From an uncultured Holophagales bacterium (GTDB taxonomy: Bacteria > Acidobacteriota > Thermoanaerobaculia > UBA2201): a DNA stretch of 64,000 bases. Position numbers and translations under genes: made by a program. This document shows positions 62,460-64,000 of this stretch, piece after piece (within the stretch, counting starts at the first letter, position 1; every line of letters starts with the position of its first letter). The notes under the pieces are model-generated. The model searched no databases. It saw only the letters and a program-made list of their open reading frames with translations, and was not told where the DNA came from. The stretch covers positions 52,215-116,214 of the forward strand of contig CAZRVT010000001.1 of the NCBI GenBank assembly GCA_964603505.1, read 5' to 3'.

Positions 62460-62933
62460 ATGAGCCGGTTGACGCACTTGGACGGCCAGGGGAGGGTTCG
62501 GATGGTGGACGTGGGCGGAAAGGCCCCCACCCTCCGCACGGCCACGGCCCGCGGAAGGGTGCGGATCGGAGCGCAGGTGATCGGCCTGCTCGCCACCACG
62601 GGCCTTTCCAAGGGAGACCTCTTCGCGACCGCCCAGATCGCGGGGATCCAGGCGGCCAAGCGGACGCCCGACCTCATTCCACTGTGCCACCCGCTGAAGA
62701 TCACCCATGTGGACGTGCAGGTCCGGGTCCGGGGCCGGGACGCCATTGAAGTCATCGCCGAAGTCCGGGCCGACGACAAGACCGGGGTCGAGATGGAGGC
62801 CCTGACCGCGGCCGCCGTCGCATGCCTGACCGTTTACGACATGTGCAAGGCCGTGGACAAGGGCATCACCATCGAGGAGATCTGCCTGCTCAACAAAACC
62901 GGAGGGAAGAGTGGAACCTATAGGCGTCGTTAA
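62460..62933 (+). CDS. moaC: Cyclic pyranopterin monophosphate synthase
   Basis: LTHLD..GRVRMVDV..KGD..AGI.AAKRTP.LIPLCHPL signature; 157 aa. Confidence 0.9.
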   Translation: MSRLTHLDGQGRVRMVDVGGKAPTLRTATARGRVRIGAQVIGLLATTGLSKGDLFATAQIAGIQAAKRTPDLIPLCHPLKITHVDVQVRVRGRDAIEVIAEVRADDKTGVEMEALTAAAVACLTVYDMCKAVDKGITIEEICLLNKTGGKSGTYRRR

Positions 62934-62993
62934 TCCGATCTGCCCCCGTTTGAGGGTGCAGGGTTCAAATGCCTTGGAGCCGGGAGGCGGGCG

Positions 62994-63431
62994 GTGAGCG
63001 GCACCGTGGCGGCGGTGTGCATCAGCCCGACCAAGCACGACAAGAAGACGAGCGTGGGGAGGGGCCGGTTGAAGGCCGATTGGGGGATCGAGGGGGACGC
63101 CCACGCCGGAGAACCCCTGCGGCAGGTGAGCCTGCTGGCCGTGGAATCGGTGCAAAAGATGGAAGGAAAAGGCATGGACCTGGGGCCCGGGATCTTCGCC
63201 GAAAACCTCACCACGAAGGGGATCGATCTGACGGCCTTGAGGGTCGGCGACCGCCTCCGGATCGGTCCGGAGGCCCTCTGCGAAGTCACCCAGAAGGGGA
63301 AGGAGTGCCTCCACCCCTGCGCCGTCTCGGCGCGGGTCGGCTTCTGCGTCATGCCCATCGAGGGGGTGTTCGTCCGCGTCCTGGTAGGAGGCGAGGTCCA
63401 AGAAGGAGACCCCATCGAGGTGGTGGAATGA
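62994..63431 (+). CDS. MOSC-domain protein
   Basis: 145 aa beta-barrel-like protein (GDRLRIGPEALCEVTQKGKEC) typical of YiiM/MOSC proteins in Moco clusters. Confidence 0.7.
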   Translation: MSGTVAAVCISPTKHDKKTSVGRGRLKADWGIEGDAHAGEPLRQVSLLAVESVQKMEGKGMDLGPGIFAENLTTKGIDLTALRVGDRLRIGPEALCEVTQKGKECLHPCAVSARVGFCVMPIEGVFVRVLVGGEVQEGDPIEVVE

Positions 63432-63931
63432 AGATCGGGATCCTGACGGTGAGCGACCGGTCCTCCCGCGGAGAACGGCGGGACGAGGGCGGCCCCGCCC
63501 TCGAACAGCGGGTGCGGGAGGCCTGGAGGGAGGCGGACGTGCTTCGCGCCGTCGTCCCGGACGAGATCGCGGTCATTGGACGGACCCTTTCGGACTGGGC
63601 GGACCGGGAAGAATGCCAGCTCATTCTCACCACCGGCGGCACGGGCCTCGCCGCCCGGGATGTGACCCCGGAGGCCACCCGGGCGGTCCTGGATCGGGAA
63701 CTGCCCGGGTTCGGCGAAGCCATGCGCCTGCGGACCCTGGCCAACACCCCCCTCTCGATCTTGTCCCGGGCCACGGCCGGGACGCGGGGCCGGACGCTGA
63801 TCATCAACCTGCCGGGCAGTCCGAAGGGGGCGGTGGAGTGCCTGGAGGCGGTCCTCCCCGCCGTCGGGCATGCCGTCGAGATCCTGCGCGGAACCCTCGC
63901 CGACTGTGCCGGTCATCACGCCGCCCGCTGA
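63428..63931 (+). CDS. mogA: Molybdenum cofactor biosynthesis protein MogA/MoaB family
   Basis: KIGILTVSDR..ILTTGGTGLAARDVTPEAT..GSPKGAVE MoCF-biosynthesis fold; ATGA overlap with the MOSC gene. Confidence 0.85.
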   Translation: MKIGILTVSDRSSRGERRDEGGPALEQRVREAWREADVLRAVVPDEIAVIGRTLSDWADREECQLILTTGGTGLAARDVTPEATRAVLDRELPGFGEAMRLRTLANTPLSILSRATAGTRGRTLIINLPGSPKGAVECLEAVLPAVGHAVEILRGTLADCAGHHAAR

Positions 63932-64000
63932 GGCCTTTCTCCTCGCCGGGGGAGGGGGGCGCCGTCTGGGGGAAGACAAGCGCTTCCTCCCCTTCCGCGG
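63906..64000 (+). CDS. mobA: 5' end of molybdenum cofactor guanylyltransferase-like gene (runs off the window)
   Basis: GTG start overlapping the mogA end; AFLLAGGGGRRLGEDKRFLPF matches the MobA N-terminal LAGG.S.RMG.DK motif. Confidence 0.4.
   Translation, partial: MPVITPPAEAFLLAGGGGRRLGEDKRFLPFR

Overview
High-GC (~68-70%) bacterial chromosomal window with Gram-negative-type housekeeping content: sdhA-C-D-B, an aldehyde dehydrogenase, dnaB, mlaEFD, tRNA-Asn, lepB, a GT2/LAB_N/ArnT-like glycolipid cluster, guaB, secA, M48 and M1 peptidases, zapA-rny-ymdB and moeA-moaA-moaC-MOSC-mogA-mobA. Three things stand out. (1) A tRNA-Arg(CCT)-flanked accessory segment (~3.1-13.2 kb) carries a decayed IS30 transposase, two giant uncharacterised proteins (one with HExxH + VWA/MIDAS motifs) and a diversity-generating-retroelement (DGR)-like cassette: a cytoplasmic SHOCT/Ser-Thr-kinase/FGE-sulfatase protein whose last ~100 nt carry the AAC-derived codon signature of a DGR variable region, followed by a nucleotidyltransferase and an avd homologue with a 1-nt frameshift. 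No reverse transcriptase or template repeat was found in the window. (2) A long minus-strand operon hdrC-hdrB-hdrA(N part)-nuoE-fd-nuoF-[nuoG-N-like::hdrA C part]-mvhD-mvhG-mvhA-protease-HK-sigma54 RR, in which HdrA is encoded as two polypeptides with a NuoEF module between them. Upstream is a near-consensus sigma54 promoter, and CRP/Rex-like operators lie in the leader. (3) Dispersed REP-like structured repeats, a tRNA-Arg 3' fragment 41 kb from the intact tRNA-Arg, heptamer and 14-mer tandem repeats, a CBS/DRTGG/PHP/GHKL signalling cluster, and a dual-receiver regulator with a Cys-rich linker. No rRNA and no CRISPR array are present. Many long ORFs in the six-frame track are antisense high-GC artefacts.
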